Of a stretch of DNA of 64,000 bases, positions 1-11,100 are shown in pieces. Every line of letters begins with the position of its first letter. Within the stretch, counting starts at the first letter, position 1. The notes under the pieces were generated by a model. It did no database searches. It had not been told where the DNA came from and saw nothing but the letters and a program-made list of their open reading frames with translations. The position numbers and the translations under genes were made by a program. Source of the DNA: Actinomycetes bacterium (GTDB taxonomy: Bacteria > Actinomycetota > Humimicrobiia > Humimicrobiales > Humimicrobiaceae); the NCBI GenBank assembly GCA_022396035.1, contig JAIOXO010000007.1:2473-66472 (forward strand). The letters are read 5' to 3'.

Positions 1-78
1 GGTAATTGCCCTTATGGCAGCATTCATGCCGCTGGCATCTCCTCCACTGGTTAAAAGAGCTATTCTTTTCTTAGCCAA
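1..78 (-). CDS. pfkA: 6-phosphofructokinase, N-terminal fragment (runs off the window start); TTG start
   Basis: Reverse-complement of 1-78 translates to (M)AKKRIALLTSGGDASGMNAAIRAIT, the canonical PFK N-terminus (TSGGDAPGMNAAIRA motif). GGAGGT lies ~10 nt upstream of the TTG. The in-frame TAG just upstream rules out a longer N-terminus. Confidence 0.6.
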   Translation of the reverse strand, partial: MAKKRIALLTSGGDASGMNAAIRAIT

Positions 79-86
79 AACTAGTA

Positions 87-704
87 CTACCTCCTTCTAT
101 CTTCTAACTGGTCATAAATATCCCGGGGACTGATACCCTTTTCCGCCATCAGCACCAGCATGTGGTAAACCAGATCAGATATTTCATAGACCACATCCTC
201 TTTTTTCTGGTGCTTGGCTGCCAGAATAACCTCGATGCATTCTTCCCCTACTTTTTTTAGTATCTGATCCAGGCCTTTCTGATGCAGGGAATAAGTATAG
301 GAATCCGGCTGCTTCTTATCTATCCTGTCGGTTATTACCCGGTACACCTGATCCACTACAGTTTCTGCAGATCCCTGCTTAAAATTAAGATTAACCTGAT
401 TGCTGTCTTCCAGCTTTCTGTAAAAACAACTCATATTGCCGGTATGGCAGGCATGGCCCTTCTGCTCCACCAGAAACAACAAAGCATCCATATCGCAATC
501 ATACCTTATCTCTTTTATATACTGGTAGTTTCCCGAGGTGCTGCCCTTATTCCATAACTGGTTTCTGCTTCTGCTCCAGAACCAGGTGGTTTGGGTCTCT
601 ATGCTTTTCTGAAGCGATTCACGGTTAACATAGGCCAGCATAAGCACCTGTTTGCTCTTATAGTCCTGTACAATAGCGGGCAAAAGCCCTGTTTTATCTT
701 CCAT
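87..704 (-). CDS. hisIE: bifunctional phosphoribosyl-AMP cyclohydrolase / phosphoribosyl-ATP pyrophosphatase
   Basis: HisI-type N-terminus ([24 protein letters not shown]). C-terminal MazG-like HisE part. Last gene of the his operon. Confidence 0.9.
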   Translation of the reverse strand: MEDKTGLLPAIVQDYKSKQVLMLAYVNRESLQKSIETQTTWFWSRSRNQLWNKGSTSGNYQYIKEIRYDCDMDALLFLVEQKGHACHTGNMSCFYRKLEDSNQVNLNFKQGSAETVVDQVYRVITDRIDKKQPDSYTYSLHQKGLDQILKKVGEECIEVILAAKHQKKEDVVYEISDLVYHMLVLMAEKGISPRDIYDQLEDRRR

Positions 705-705
705 A

Positions 706-1461
706 TTAAATCCTTACATTAATTCCCTGTGATTTTAAATACTGCTTGGCTTCCCTTACCGAATACTGTCCGTAGTGAAAAATAGAAGCCACCAATACCG
801 CATCGGCGTCTGCTTCCTCTATTACCTGTTTTAAATGTTCCAGCTTACCTGCTCCTCCGGAAGCTATCACCGGTATATTAACCGCTGAAGTAACCGCTGC
901 AGTAAGGGGTATATCGTAACCATCCTTGGTGCCATCCTTATCCATGCTGGTAAGCAGTATTTCCCCTGCACCCAGCTTCTCTACCTTTTTGGCCCATTCC
1001 ACCGCATCCAGGCCGGTAGGTGTCCTTCCCCCATGGGTATAAACTTCCCAGCCCTGTTCGCCGGCCTTGGCATCAATAGCTACCACTATGCACTGGCTGC
1101 CAAAAATTCTGGCTGCCTTACTGATAAGGCTGCTGTCATTAACCGCCGCCGTATTGATGGATACCTTATCTGCCCCTTTTTTAAGGATCTCCCGTATATC
1201 CTCTATCCCGCTTATCCCCCCGCCGATAGTATAGGGGATAAATACCTTCTGGGCTGCCTTGGAAGCCAGCTCAATTACAGTTTTTCTCTTCTCATGGGAA
1301 GCGGTTATATCCAGAAAAACCACCTCATCTGCCCCTTCCCGGTCATAAAAAGCAGCCAGCTCTACCGGATCGCCTGCATCCTTTAGATTTACAAATTCTA
1401 CACCTTTAACTACTCTGCCCTGATTTACATCAAGACAGGGTATTATCCTTTTGGTTATCAT
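706..1461 (-). CDS. hisF: imidazole glycerol phosphate synthase cyclase subunit
   Basis: N-term [12 protein letters not shown]...GRVVKGV and TIM-barrel HisF motifs. Overlaps hisA by 4 nt. Confidence 0.92.
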   Translation of the reverse strand: MITKRIIPCLDVNQGRVVKGVEFVNLKDAGDPVELAAFYDREGADEVVFLDITASHEKRKTVIELASKAAQKVFIPYTIGGGISGIEDIREILKKGADKVSINTAAVNDSSLISKAARIFGSQCIVVAIDAKAGEQGWEVYTHGGRTPTGLDAVEWAKKVEKLGAGEILLTSMDKDGTKDGYDIPLTAAVTSAVNIPVIASGGAGKLEHLKQVIEEADADAVLVASIFHYGQYSVREAKQYLKSQGINVRI

Positions 1462-2180
1462 TGCCCAGCCTCCCTTATGGCCTGCTTTAAATCAATTTTT
1501 CCTTCATAGATAGCTTTACCGGTTATGGCCCCTGCCACTCCCAGCTGCCTGAGTTCCCTTATGTCCTCCATGCTGGATACTCCCCCGGCAACAATTAAAT
1601 TCAAACCGGTGGTCTCCATTATGGATTTGATTAGGTCCCTGTTAATGCCTTTTAGCATTCCGTCCCTGCTTACATCGGTAACAATAACATGGCTTATGCC
1701 CAGACTGTAAATCTTCTGGCCAAAACTGAATATGTTCAGCCCCGAATCCTGCTGCCACCCTTTGGTTAAGATTCTGCCCTGGCTGTCAAAATCAAGGCTC
1801 AGGCAAATCCTTTCTTCAAACTGGCGGCTGGCTTCCTCCAAAAAATCTATATCCTCTATGGCCCTGGTACCCAGAATAGCTCTGTCAATCCCTGCCTCCA
1901 GAACCTGTTCAAGAGTGGAAAAATCTCTTATACCTCCGCCCATCTGCACCCATACACCAGTAATTTGCTTTATAGCTGCAGCCACCTCCAGGTTCTGAAT
2001 ATTTCCTGTCCTGGCTCCATCCAGATCTATTATATGTATCCAGCTGGCTCCCGCCTGCTTCAGGCTCAAAGCCACCTTAACCGGATCCCGGTCATAGATC
2101 TTCTTGGTATCAAACTTACCCCGGCTGAGCCTTACACAGGCTCCTCCTATAAGGTCAATGGCCGGTATTACCAGCATCAC
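1458..2180 (-). CDS. hisA: 1-(5-phosphoribosyl)-5-[(5-phosphoribosylamino)methylideneamino]imidazole-4-carboxamide isomerase
   Basis: [15 protein letters not shown]...IIDLDGA, the HisA signature. Confidence 0.9.
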   Translation of the reverse strand: MMLVIPAIDLIGGACVRLSRGKFDTKKIYDRDPVKVALSLKQAGASWIHIIDLDGARTGNIQNLEVAAAIKQITGVWVQMGGGIRDFSTLEQVLEAGIDRAILGTRAIEDIDFLEEASRQFEERICLSLDFDSQGRILTKGWQQDSGLNIFSFGQKIYSLGISHVIVTDVSRDGMLKGINRDLIKSIMETTGLNLIVAGGVSSMEDIRELRQLGVAGAITGKAIYEGKIDLKQAIREAGQ

Positions 2181-2791
2181 TGCTCCCTGACGGTTAATTT
2201 TATAAAATTCTCTAAAATCCTGAGGCCAGCGGTGGAACTCTTCTCCGGATGAAACTGAAAAGCATAAGCCAACCCCTGGTTTATACCGGCTACAATATCA
2301 ATCCCGTGGTTGGTAGTACTGGAAATTATGGTCCTGTCATGCGGAGCCACATGATAGGAGTGAACAAAATAAAAATGCTGGCCGCTTTCTATGCCTTCAA
2401 ACAAAGGATTGGGCTTAACAATATTTATAAGGTTCCAACCCATATGGGGAACCTTCTGTATGGCCGGAATTCTTTCCACCACACCCTTAAATACTCCCAG
2501 TCCCCTAGTCTTTCCGTCCTCCATGCTGTATTCAAACAGCAGCTGGAAACCCAGACATATCCCCAGAAAAGGCTTCCTGCCCATCAGGTCCCTGATGGTG
2601 TCCTTAAGCCCCAGACGGGTCAGGCTGTTCATAGCATCCGAAAAAGCTCCCACGCCGGGAAGCACCACTCCAGCCGCCTTATTGATAACTGCAATATCAG
2701 AGGTCACCCTGACCTCTGCCCCCTGTCTTTTCAGGGCATTTTTAACACTACTTATATTGCCCATATTGTAATCTATAATAGCTATATACAT
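2177..2791 (-). CDS. hisH: imidazole glycerol phosphate synthase glutamine amidotransferase subunit
   Basis: Class I GATase: ICLGFQLL (Cys nucleophile) and a C-terminal HPEKS-type His motif (FHPEKS). Confidence 0.9.
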   Translation of the reverse strand: MYIAIIDYNMGNISSVKNALKRQGAEVRVTSDIAVINKAAGVVLPGVGAFSDAMNSLTRLGLKDTIRDLMGRKPFLGICLGFQLLFEYSMEDGKTRGLGVFKGVVERIPAIQKVPHMGWNLINIVKPNPLFEGIESGQHFYFVHSYHVAPHDRTIISSTTNHGIDIVAGINQGLAYAFQFHPEKSSTAGLRILENFIKLTVREQ

Positions 2792-2813
2792 AATTATTCC
2801 CTGCCTGAAGTGA

Positions 2814-3404
2814 TTAAAGGATACCTTTGGTGGAGGGGATATCCGTGCCTTCTATCCTGGTAGCCTGGTGAAGGGTTATACCCACCGCTTTAAATACTGC
2901 TTCTATAATATGGTGAGAATTTATACCAGAATTTTTGGTTATATGCAGATTAAAACCGCCATTGGAGATCATCGCCCTGAAGAAATCCTCGGTCACTGAA
3001 GTATTAAAGCCCTGAATATCTTCAGCAGCCATATCCACATCAAACCTTAAATAAGGCCTCCCGCCCAAATCTACAGCCACCGTAACCCGGGCATCATCCA
3101 TACAGATTATAGTGTGGGCAAACCTTTTTATGCCCTGTTTCTGAGCCAGGCATTCCTTTAAAGCCAGCCCCAGACAGATTCCAGTGTCCTCAACAAGGTG
3201 ATGTGAGCCTACCTCCAGATCCCCGGCAGCTTCCAACTGCAAACCAAACCGGCCATGCTTGCACCAGCTGCCAAGCATATGATCAAAAAAGGGCAAACCG
3301 GTATCAATACTGGTTTCATCCCTTTTATCCAGATCAAGCCTCAGTTTAATATTAGTTTCCAGAGTTTTTCGATTAATCTGGCTGCTACGGCTTTGATTTT
3401 CCAT
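2814..3404 (-). CDS. hisB: imidazoleglycerol-phosphate dehydratase (monofunctional)
   Basis: RKTLETNIKLRLDLD... and D/H metal-binding motifs typical of IGPD. There is no fused phosphatase domain. Confidence 0.9.
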   Translation of the reverse strand: MENQSRSSQINRKTLETNIKLRLDLDKRDETSIDTGLPFFDHMLGSWCKHGRFGLQLEAAGDLEVGSHHLVEDTGICLGLALKECLAQKQGIKRFAHTIICMDDARVTVAVDLGGRPYLRFDVDMAAEDIQGFNTSVTEDFFRAMISNGGFNLHITKNSGINSHHIIEAVFKAVGITLHQATRIEGTDIPSTKGIL

Positions 3405-4050
3405 CTATTACCTTACCTATTCTTTCCGTAAACTCATTTATTTCCTCATATTTTACCCGGTAGCTCACCATATTGGCAACCAGTCTGGTGGTAGAAACCA
3501 TAATGGTTTCCATCTCGACCAGGTCATTTTCCTTCAAAGTCTGTCCGGTGGCAGTAATATCTACTATCTCTTCGGCAATTCCCAGAATGGGTCCCAGTTC
3601 TACCGAACCATGCAGTTTAATTATCTCCGCCTGCATACCCTTCCGGTCAAAAAACTTTTTAGCCACATGGGGATACTTGGTAGCAATCCTTATGGAGCCA
3701 AAATGTTCATAATGGCTCTTTACTTCTTCTACGCAGTCCTTCCTGGTGGCCACAATAAGCCTGCAGGTTCCTGTTCCCACATCCAGAAGCTCATAAACAT
3801 TGCTCTCCTTTTCTGCCAGCACATCTTTGCCTACAAAACCCAGATCACAGGCCCCGTATTCAACATAAACCGGTACATCCATGGGTCGGGCAATCACATA
3901 CTTTATATCCCTTTGGGGAGAATAAACAAAAAGCTTGCGGTTATCTTTCAGCAGGTTGCTGACATCATATCCGGCATCCCCCATAAGCTGTATGCAGTCC
4001 TTTTTTAAATACCCTTTGGGTATGGCTATGTTAAGTGTTGGTTTTTTCAT
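3385..4050 (-). CDS. hisG: ATP phosphoribosyltransferase, short form
   Basis: ~220 aa HisG lacking the C-terminal regulatory domain. Pairs with the downstream hisZ. Confidence 0.88.
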   Translation of the reverse strand: MKKPTLNIAIPKGYLKKDCIQLMGDAGYDVSNLLKDNRKLFVYSPQRDIKYVIARPMDVPVYVEYGACDLGFVGKDVLAEKESNVYELLDVGTGTCRLIVATRKDCVEEVKSHYEHFGSIRIATKYPHVAKKFFDRKGMQAEIIKLHGSVELGPILGIAEEIVDITATGQTLKENDLVEMETIMVSTTRLVANMVSYRVKYEEINEFTERIGKVIDGKSKP

Positions 4051-5323
4051 GTATATATTTTAAAAATTTATCAGTTTCCATTTCAAATTTTCGGCCGCTG
4101 CCTACTTCTACCGCCTCAACCTTCTGCAGGTCTTCTGAACAGATGCAGGCTAAATCCATATCCCTGGACCGGGCTTCAGCCCCAGCTTCCCTGTCCTTGC
4201 CCCAGAAGAGTTCCACGCAGGCTCCGCTTTTCCTCATCTTATCCGATAACTGCACAAAAGCGGCATAATCATGCACTTTCCCTGCCAGCAATACCCTGTA
4301 ATCATCCATGTACGGCAGCAGTATACTGCTGTCCATGGATTTGTGCAGCATATCCAGATCAAGGGCAAAACCGGTGGCGGCAACCCCCATGCCAAATTTC
4401 TTAATCAGCCTGTCATAGCGTCCCCCGTTACCCAATAGATCAGTGGTAACTGCAGAATACACCTCAAAAAGCAGGCCGGAATAATAATCAAACTCCCTCA
4501 ATATGCTCAAATCTACTAACAATTTATGGCCATATCCCATCTGCTCCAGCACCTTATAAACCTTTTCCAGATAATTCAGGCCCCTGTCAGCTTTACCCAG
4601 ATTTACCTGGGCCAGTGCCTGTTTGAGATGTTCCAGATTCTGCTGTGGTTTTATAAGGGACATAAAAACCCGGGTTTTATGTTTATCTTTTTGGCCCAGA
4701 AACTGGTTTATGACCACAAAGTTTTTCTTAACCAGACTTTCCTTTATAAACCGGCTGTCCTTCTGGTTCAGCCCAAACCATTCACACAGCCCCTCAATAA
4801 TCTGCACCTGGCCCAGGCCTATTTTGTAATCCCTGAACCCCAGTTCCCTCAAAACATGGTTAAGTATGGTCAGTATTTCCACATCAGCAGTAAAACTATC
4901 ATTGCCTATAAGCTCCAGGCCTGCCTGGCTGTAAACCCTTTTAACCCCTTCCTGCAGCGCTGACTGCCTGAAGGAGTTGGCAAAATAGCAGAAACGTGCC
5001 GGAAGCTGATTTTTCTTTATCCTCATGCCGGTCAGTCTGGCTATGGGTATAGTCATATCCGTACGCAAAGATACCAGGCTGCCGTCTATATCAAAAAAAT
5101 TAATAAGCTTGTTGGACCACTTGCTTCCCACCCCTGTAGAGATGTTTTTGGTATATTCCACTACCGGGGTCTTTACTTCTCCATAACCCCACTGCCTGAA
5201 CTGGCGGCTTATTATATCTCCAATCACCTTACGTTCCCTGCACTCCAGGGGAAATATATCCCTGAAACCGTAGGGAAGCTTTACCATCAGGTTTTCACTT
5301 TCAGATTCAAACATTATTACCAA
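4031..5323 (-). CDS. hisZ: ATP phosphoribosyltransferase regulatory subunit (HisRS-like)
   Basis: Class II aaRS-like core (LPYGFRDIFP..., FDYYSGLLFE). Position directly upstream of short-form hisG. True start may be one of the downstream in-frame Met (M4 or M13). Confidence 0.8.
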   Translation of the reverse strand: MVIMFESESENLMVKLPYGFRDIFPLECRERKVIGDIISRQFRQWGYGEVKTPVVEYTKNISTGVGSKWSNKLINFFDIDGSLVSLRTDMTIPIARLTGMRIKKNQLPARFCYFANSFRQSALQEGVKRVYSQAGLELIGNDSFTADVEILTILNHVLRELGFRDYKIGLGQVQIIEGLCEWFGLNQKDSRFIKESLVKKNFVVINQFLGQKDKHKTRVFMSLIKPQQNLEHLKQALAQVNLGKADRGLNYLEKVYKVLEQMGYGHKLLVDLSILREFDYYSGLLFEVYSAVTTDLLGNGGRYDRLIKKFGMGVAATGFALDLDMLHKSMDSSILLPYMDDYRVLLAGKVHDYAAFVQLSDKMRKSGACVELFWGKDREAGAEARSRDMDLACICSEDLQKVEAVEVGSGRKFEMETDKFLKYIHEKTNT

Positions 5324-5377
5324 AAATTTTTTTAATATAAGTTTTGAATAATATTATATTTTACCCTAAAAGTAAAA
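5324..5377 (-). promoter_or_regulatory. candidate sigma70-type promoter for the his operon (TTAATT-17-TATAAT on minus strand)
   Basis: Reverse complement of the 54-bp gap reads ...TTAATTTTACTTTTAGGGTAAAATATAATATT... No terminator hairpin seen after the upstream gene, so read-through is also possible. Confidence 0.25.
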
Positions 5378-7000
5378 TTAAAGGGATGCCAGGCGCTGCT
5401 CTTCGGTTAAAATTTCTCCCTTAGAGCCAACCGCAACATTGGCTCCATTTACAAAAACAGTCCTGACCTTGCCGCTGGCCGCCTTCATACCATGCAGATG
5501 GGGAGCATCCATGACCCCCCTTCCAATAGCCTCTGCTATTATAGCAGGGGCTGTCAGGGGGTCCTGGTATCTGTTCTGTTTATCCAGTTTCCTGATTTTT
5601 TCCAATATAAGTTCAGCTTCAGCTATTAACTGCTGTTTGCGGCTCTGCACCCTGTCATCATTTTTCATATCCGGACATCCCGCCAGGCAATTGGTTATGG
5701 CTTTTCTGGCAATTTTGGACGATTCAATAATATCCTCCGTTTTAGCAGCATGATTGGCCTCACAATAGGCCACTACATGAACAATATGCGGGTTCAGCTG
5801 CATCTGAAGCATGGTAGAAGTGGCCAGCTGTGCCTTGCCCTCATCATAATCAGCGGGGTAACTGTACAGCCCGGCCCTGGTCTGCCTCAGACTGGTAAAC
5901 CTCTCATCATGCAGCTGCTCAATCATCTGAACCTTGGCCAGCATTTTGCCCAGATCCATGGTAAATGAAGTTTCTGGAGGAGTGTTAAACATATACTGGG
6001 AGACATAAACCCTAACCCCCATTTTTTTTGCATTATAGGCAGCCAGATAAGCAGCAGCTACCGCCACCGAATCCGGTGAATATCTAAGGCTCCAGTGATG
6101 GGATTCATTTACCTCTACCGGTATATCCCGCTGGCCATGCCAGGCCATAACCTTCTGGTTTTCCTCAATAGCCTGCTGCAGCTTTCTATGACTGCGATTA
6201 TCCAGCTCATTATACCAGCACAGAGGAACAGCGCACCAGGCATTATTTATAGTATCCTTAAGTACCTGGGCCATCCTCAGAATATCATTGGTGCCGCTGT
6301 AACATCTCATAATAGGATAATTGCCCCGCCTGGTAGCCTCGAAAAGCCTTCTGAAATCCTGCTCCGATCTTACCGGAACCCCACCGGCACCATCCTGGCT
6401 GTGGTCCATTTCTTCCGGATGAAAAAAGTACTCCTGGGTATTCTGGTCCGGTCCTATGGATACCACATCGATGACTCCGCTTTCAGCCAGTTTGTTTATC
6501 CCCTCTATGGTATCCTCCAGATCAGGCTGGCCAAAATGGTGTCTTATTACCGGAAAAGGCGATAAGAAGTCTATCCTGTCCACCAGATTCTGGGGTGGTT
6601 TTACCTGCTCTTCGGTTATCTCTCCCTGCTTGAGGTATGACACCACCTGATCCCTGGTTTCCTCTCCGGTAAACATAACATCAAAAATATTTAAATCCCT
6701 GGCAGCCTCGGTCACCGGCCTGGTGCCCCCCAGGATAAAGGATATACTATCCCTGTATTTGCCTGCTACCTGTTTATCAAACTGCTCTAAAAGTAACCGG
6801 GCATTATCCGGGGATAAACGGTAACTTACTGCTACAATATCCGGTTTATATTCTTCTATGGCCTCGATAATTTGTTCAAACTTGCAGGCCGGCCCCAAAA
6901 ACCTGGTCTGGTACCCGTATTGTTGGGCCAGGTTTAAAAAATTAATCACCCCGGCAACATGCACGCAACTGCCTATGCTGGCACCCAGTATTTTCTTCAT
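5378..7000 (-). CDS. fused glutamate-mutase-like protein: N-terminal GlmS-like cobalamin-binding domain plus C-terminal GlmE-like TIM-barrel domain; function unknown
   Basis: N-term ILGASIGSCVHVAG resembles glutamate mutase S 'VIGSDCHAVG'. The C-terminal ...GRGVMDAPHLHGMKAASGK... resembles GlmE 'GVMDIPFGPSKYNAGK'. The Asp of DxHxxG is replaced (SCVHVAG). Confidence 0.45.
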   Translation of the reverse strand: MKKILGASIGSCVHVAGVINFLNLAQQYGYQTRFLGPACKFEQIIEAIEEYKPDIVAVSYRLSPDNARLLLEQFDKQVAGKYRDSISFILGGTRPVTEAARDLNIFDVMFTGEETRDQVVSYLKQGEITEEQVKPPQNLVDRIDFLSPFPVIRHHFGQPDLEDTIEGINKLAESGVIDVVSIGPDQNTQEYFFHPEEMDHSQDGAGGVPVRSEQDFRRLFEATRRGNYPIMRCYSGTNDILRMAQVLKDTINNAWCAVPLCWYNELDNRSHRKLQQAIEENQKVMAWHGQRDIPVEVNESHHWSLRYSPDSVAVAAAYLAAYNAKKMGVRVYVSQYMFNTPPETSFTMDLGKMLAKVQMIEQLHDERFTSLRQTRAGLYSYPADYDEGKAQLATSTMLQMQLNPHIVHVVAYCEANHAAKTEDIIESSKIARKAITNCLAGCPDMKNDDRVQSRKQQLIAEAELILEKIRKLDKQNRYQDPLTAPAIIAEAIGRGVMDAPHLHGMKAASGKVRTVFVNGANVAVGSKGEILTEEQRLASL

Positions 7001-7005
7001 AAAAT

Positions 7006-8106
7006 TTACTCCTGTAACTCTCCCTTTGTTAATTTTTGTTTAATCTGCGCCATATCCAGCCCTTCCAGCCCCAGGGTAGACAGGTTACGGCCTGCCTTCC
7101 GGAAATCTTTCTTAAAAATGGAATCAGCAATATTGATAAGAGAGTCAATTATGGGCGTTTTTACCCCCAGTATCTTACCGAATTCAGATATGGGAACCAG
7201 GCTCATGGGGACATCTTCGGTAATATACCTTACATTGGTAGTTCTGGGAGCCATGATGCCCACGTATCCGGGATTGCTGTGTATGGCATCAAACAGATTG
7301 TCCTCTACCACATTATAGGCCATGCCCAGCCAGTCAATAGCCGAATAGACATTGGGACAATTAAGTTTATGGGCTACCTTGACCCTCTCTTCATCCACAG
7401 CTTCCAGAATGGAAGCCACCGACTGGGTAACCCCTTCTATATAGAACTGGAAATTTCCCAGCGTAGATTCAATCCGGGAGGCATTTAAAATAGTTATGGC
7501 TGGATGAAATACTGCCCCCATATTATTAAAGGAAGTTTCCACTACATTGCTGGCGGGGATAAACTCTTTAAAAGCCTGATTAAGCTTCTTTAAAACCATT
7601 GCGGTAGCACTGGAAGGTATGGCCGCTACCGGTATGGCCTGTTTTATCCTGAAAATCCTGGCAGTAGCCGGACCCATGCCCCTACTGGCATAAATAAAGG
7701 TCTGGGCTTCTGCTACAATTACTTTCCGGTTATTGTCATGGGCTCTCAAGGCATTTAGAAACTCCAGTGCTCCACAGGTTCTTCCAGGGTTTAAAACCAC
7801 AATTTGCCCATCCTCCAAATAGGGCGCGCACCTCTGGGCAATAGAAGCATGGGCATTGGCCGGAACCACTACCATTATAACATCCGCGCCCTTTATTACT
7901 TTGTCTATCCTATTGGAAGATAGCTTCAGCTTGCCGAAACCGCTGACCTCACCTTCCAGCTCGATACCCTTTAACTTTATAATTGGTTTTATACGTACCA
8001 AAGTACGGTTATAAAGGTTTACATCAAAGCCTTTAATAGCCAGGTGGGCAGCAATAGCTTTACCACCATGGCCTGCCCCCACAACCGCGAATTTAAGGTC
8101 ATGCAA
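7006..8106 (-). CDS. NAD(P)-dependent opine dehydrogenase-family oxidoreductase
   Basis: Rossmann motif FAVVGAGHGG at the N-terminus and an ~360 aa octopine/nopaline-DH-like layout. Probable TTG start at 8106 preceded by AAAGGAG 5 nt upstream. The ORF-track GTG at 8154 would overlap dnaE by 56 nt. Confidence 0.6.
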   Translation of the reverse strand: MHDLKFAVVGAGHGGKAIAAHLAIKGFDVNLYNRTLVRIKPIIKLKGIELEGEVSGFGKLKLSSNRIDKVIKGADVIMVVVPANAHASIAQRCAPYLEDGQIVVLNPGRTCGALEFLNALRAHDNNRKVIVAEAQTFIYASRGMGPATARIFRIKQAIPVAAIPSSATAMVLKKLNQAFKEFIPASNVVETSFNNMGAVFHPAITILNASRIESTLGNFQFYIEGVTQSVASILEAVDEERVKVAHKLNCPNVYSAIDWLGMAYNVVEDNLFDAIHSNPGYVGIMAPRTTNVRYITEDVPMSLVPISEFGKILGVKTPIIDSLINIADSIFKKDFRKAGRNLSTLGLEGLDMAQIKQKLTKGELQE

Positions 8107-11100
8107 AATTACTCCTTTCTTCGGTTGGCACTTCTTGCCAATGGACATTGTCACTAAAATTATCCTTTAGTTTATCTACAAATGAATGGTTAAAATCTAT
8201 ACAAAAATCATGGGGCAGATGGAATTTCTTTCTATGGCCGCCATTACCATTTTTTACCACCATAAGCTCAACTTTGGTTTGGCCCTGGTTATCCTTTAGC
8301 AGTTGATACAGTTTATCTATCAGGTCATGATTAAGTGACTGCTCTTCTATGGATAATATCACTTTCGCTGCTGGTTTTTTTACAGAAGCCTCCTGATTGT
8401 CGGAAGCTGTCTGAACAGGGACTGTATGGCTGTCCTCTCTTCCCAGCAAGCTTACTTCAGAAGCGATTATCTTAAACTGGTCTTCTTTCTTGTCCAGCCG
8501 GCCTGCTATCCTGACAATCTTCTCTTCAAGCAGGACATCCTTATTCTTTTCCAGAACATTGGGAAACACTATAATCTCTACACTTTCACTGATATCTTCC
8601 AGGGTAACAAACAGCATCTGCTTGTTGTTTTTGGTAAAAATAGATTTAATGCCGGCAATAATGCCTCCCACTTCAATATTGGTCTTATCCCTTAGATCGG
8701 CAAGCTGGTGTAATGGAGTCAAACTTCTTAAGGCCTGACTGAATTCCTTAAGAGGATGCCCGCTGATATATAAGCCCAGCATCTCCTTTTCAAAATTAAG
8801 CAGTTCCTTCTGGGCAAACTCTCCATATCCTGCAGCTTTTTCCATTAAACTGCCCAGCATAACATCCTCCTGCTGGCCTTCCTGGGAATCAAACAGGGAA
8901 AACTGCCCTGCCTGTCTGTCTTTTCTGACCTTCAGGGTTTCTTCTACAATCCTTTCATAATGCTCCAGAAGGAATTTGCGGCTGAGTTTAAGGGAATCAA
9001 AGGCACCACATTTAATAAGGCTTTCCAGTGTCTTTTTGTTTAGGGCAGCTGAGGTTATGCGCTGGCAGAAATCTATAAAATCTTCAAACTTTCCACCCTT
9101 TTTCCTCTCTTTTTCAATCTCTTCTATCACATTAGACCCCACATTTTTAATAGCAGAAAGACCAAACCTTATAGAATCTGTTACTACCGTAAAATCTGAA
9201 TAACTTTCATTAATATCCGGCGGCAGAACTTCTATCCCCAATCTCCTGGTTTCATTAACATACTGGGCTACCTTTTCCTGGCTGCCCATCCTTATGCTGA
9301 GCAGCGCAGCCATAAATTCCACCGGGTAATTGGCCTTCAGGTAGGCGGTCTGGTAAGAGATCATGGCATAAGCGGTACTGTGTGACTTATTGAAACCGTA
9401 TTCGGCAAAATGATTTATAAGCTCAAACACCTTTTGGGCCGTTTTTTCTTCAATTCCCTTACCTTTGGCCCCCTGAAGAAATTTGGTTTTTTGCCTGGCC
9501 AAAAGCTTGCGCTTTTTCTTGCTTATAGCACTACGCAGTATATCTGCCTCAGACATGGTAAACCCGGCCAGTTCACTGGCAATAGCCATTACCTGCTCCT
9601 GATACAAAATGATGCCATAGGTACTTTCCAGTATGGGCTTCAAGCTGGGATGGGGATAATTTATTTTCTTCCTGCCGTTTTTTGCTTCCACAAAATCAGA
9701 AACCATTCCACTCTGCAGCGGACCGGGGCGGTACAGGGCCAGCAGAGCCACCAGATCTTCAAAACGGCTGGGCTTCAAGTTTATTACCAGCTCCCTCATT
9801 CCCGAGCTTTCCAGCTGGAACACACCCAGACATTCGCCATCGCTTAACATCCTGAAAGTCTTTTTATCTTCCAGGTCCAGGGTATCAGTATCTATATCTA
9901 TGTTCTTGGTCTTGCTGATAAAAAACAGGGTTTTATCTATCAGGGACAGGGTTTTTAAACCCAGAAAATCCATCTTGAGCAGCCCAATCTCCTGCACATC
10001 TTCCATTTTATACTGGGTTACTATATCTTCATTTCCTTCCCTCTGTATGGGGGTGTAGTTAAAGAGATCCTGGGCGGAAATGACTACTCCCGCTGCATGT
10101 ATGGAGTCCTGCCTGCATATTCCTTCCAGGGAACTAGCAGTATCAATTACTTCCTTTATTGTTGCATCCTTTTCATACATCTCTTTTAAGTCTGCAACCT
10201 GATCCAGTGAATTCTGTATGGTTACATTAAGTTCCATGGGAATCATCTTGGCAATTTTATCCACCTCCGCATAAGGCACCTCCAGAACCCTTCCTGCATC
10301 CCTTATGGCCTGCCTGGCAGCCATGGTGCCAAAGGTTATGAGCTGGGCTACCCTGTTTTCCCCATATTTTTGGGTAACGTATTTTATAACCTCACTTCTC
10401 TTCTCATAGCAGAAGTCTATATCAATATCAGGCATACTTTTTCTTTCCTCGTTAAGGAACCTTTCAAAAAGAAGACCATATTTTAGGGGTTCAATATCGG
10501 TAATCTTTAACACATAGGAAACAATACTTCCCGCGGCCGATCCCCTGCCCGGGCCTACCCTGATATTGTTCTTTTTGGCAAACTGGACAAAATCCCATAC
10601 GATTAGAAAGTATTCAGAAAACCCCATTTTTTCAATTACCGACAGTTCCTTTTCCAGTCTCTGCTTAATTTCCGGGGTCAGCTCTCCATATCTATCCTCC
10701 GCTCCCTTATAGCAGATTTCTTTAAGGTAAGAGTCGGGGCTATGGGAAGAAGGTACCCTGTAGGGAGGAATTAAGCTTAACCCGAATTCCAGCTCCACAT
10801 TACATTTCTCTGCTATATCCAGTGTATTTTCAACAGCCTGGGGGTAGTGGCCAAGCTTTTTGAACATCTGCTGATAACTTTTAAAGTAAAATTCATTAGA
10901 TGAAAACTTCAACCTGTCAGTCTGGTTAATGGTGGAACCGGTCTGTATGCACAGCAATGCGTCATGTGCCCGGCTATGCTCCTGTTCCAGATAATGGACA
11001 TCATTGGTAGCCACCAGCGGCACCCCGTATTTCCTGGAAAAATCCACCAGCTGGGTGTTTACCTGCTCCTGTCCCGGAATCCCTGAATCCTGTACCTCCA

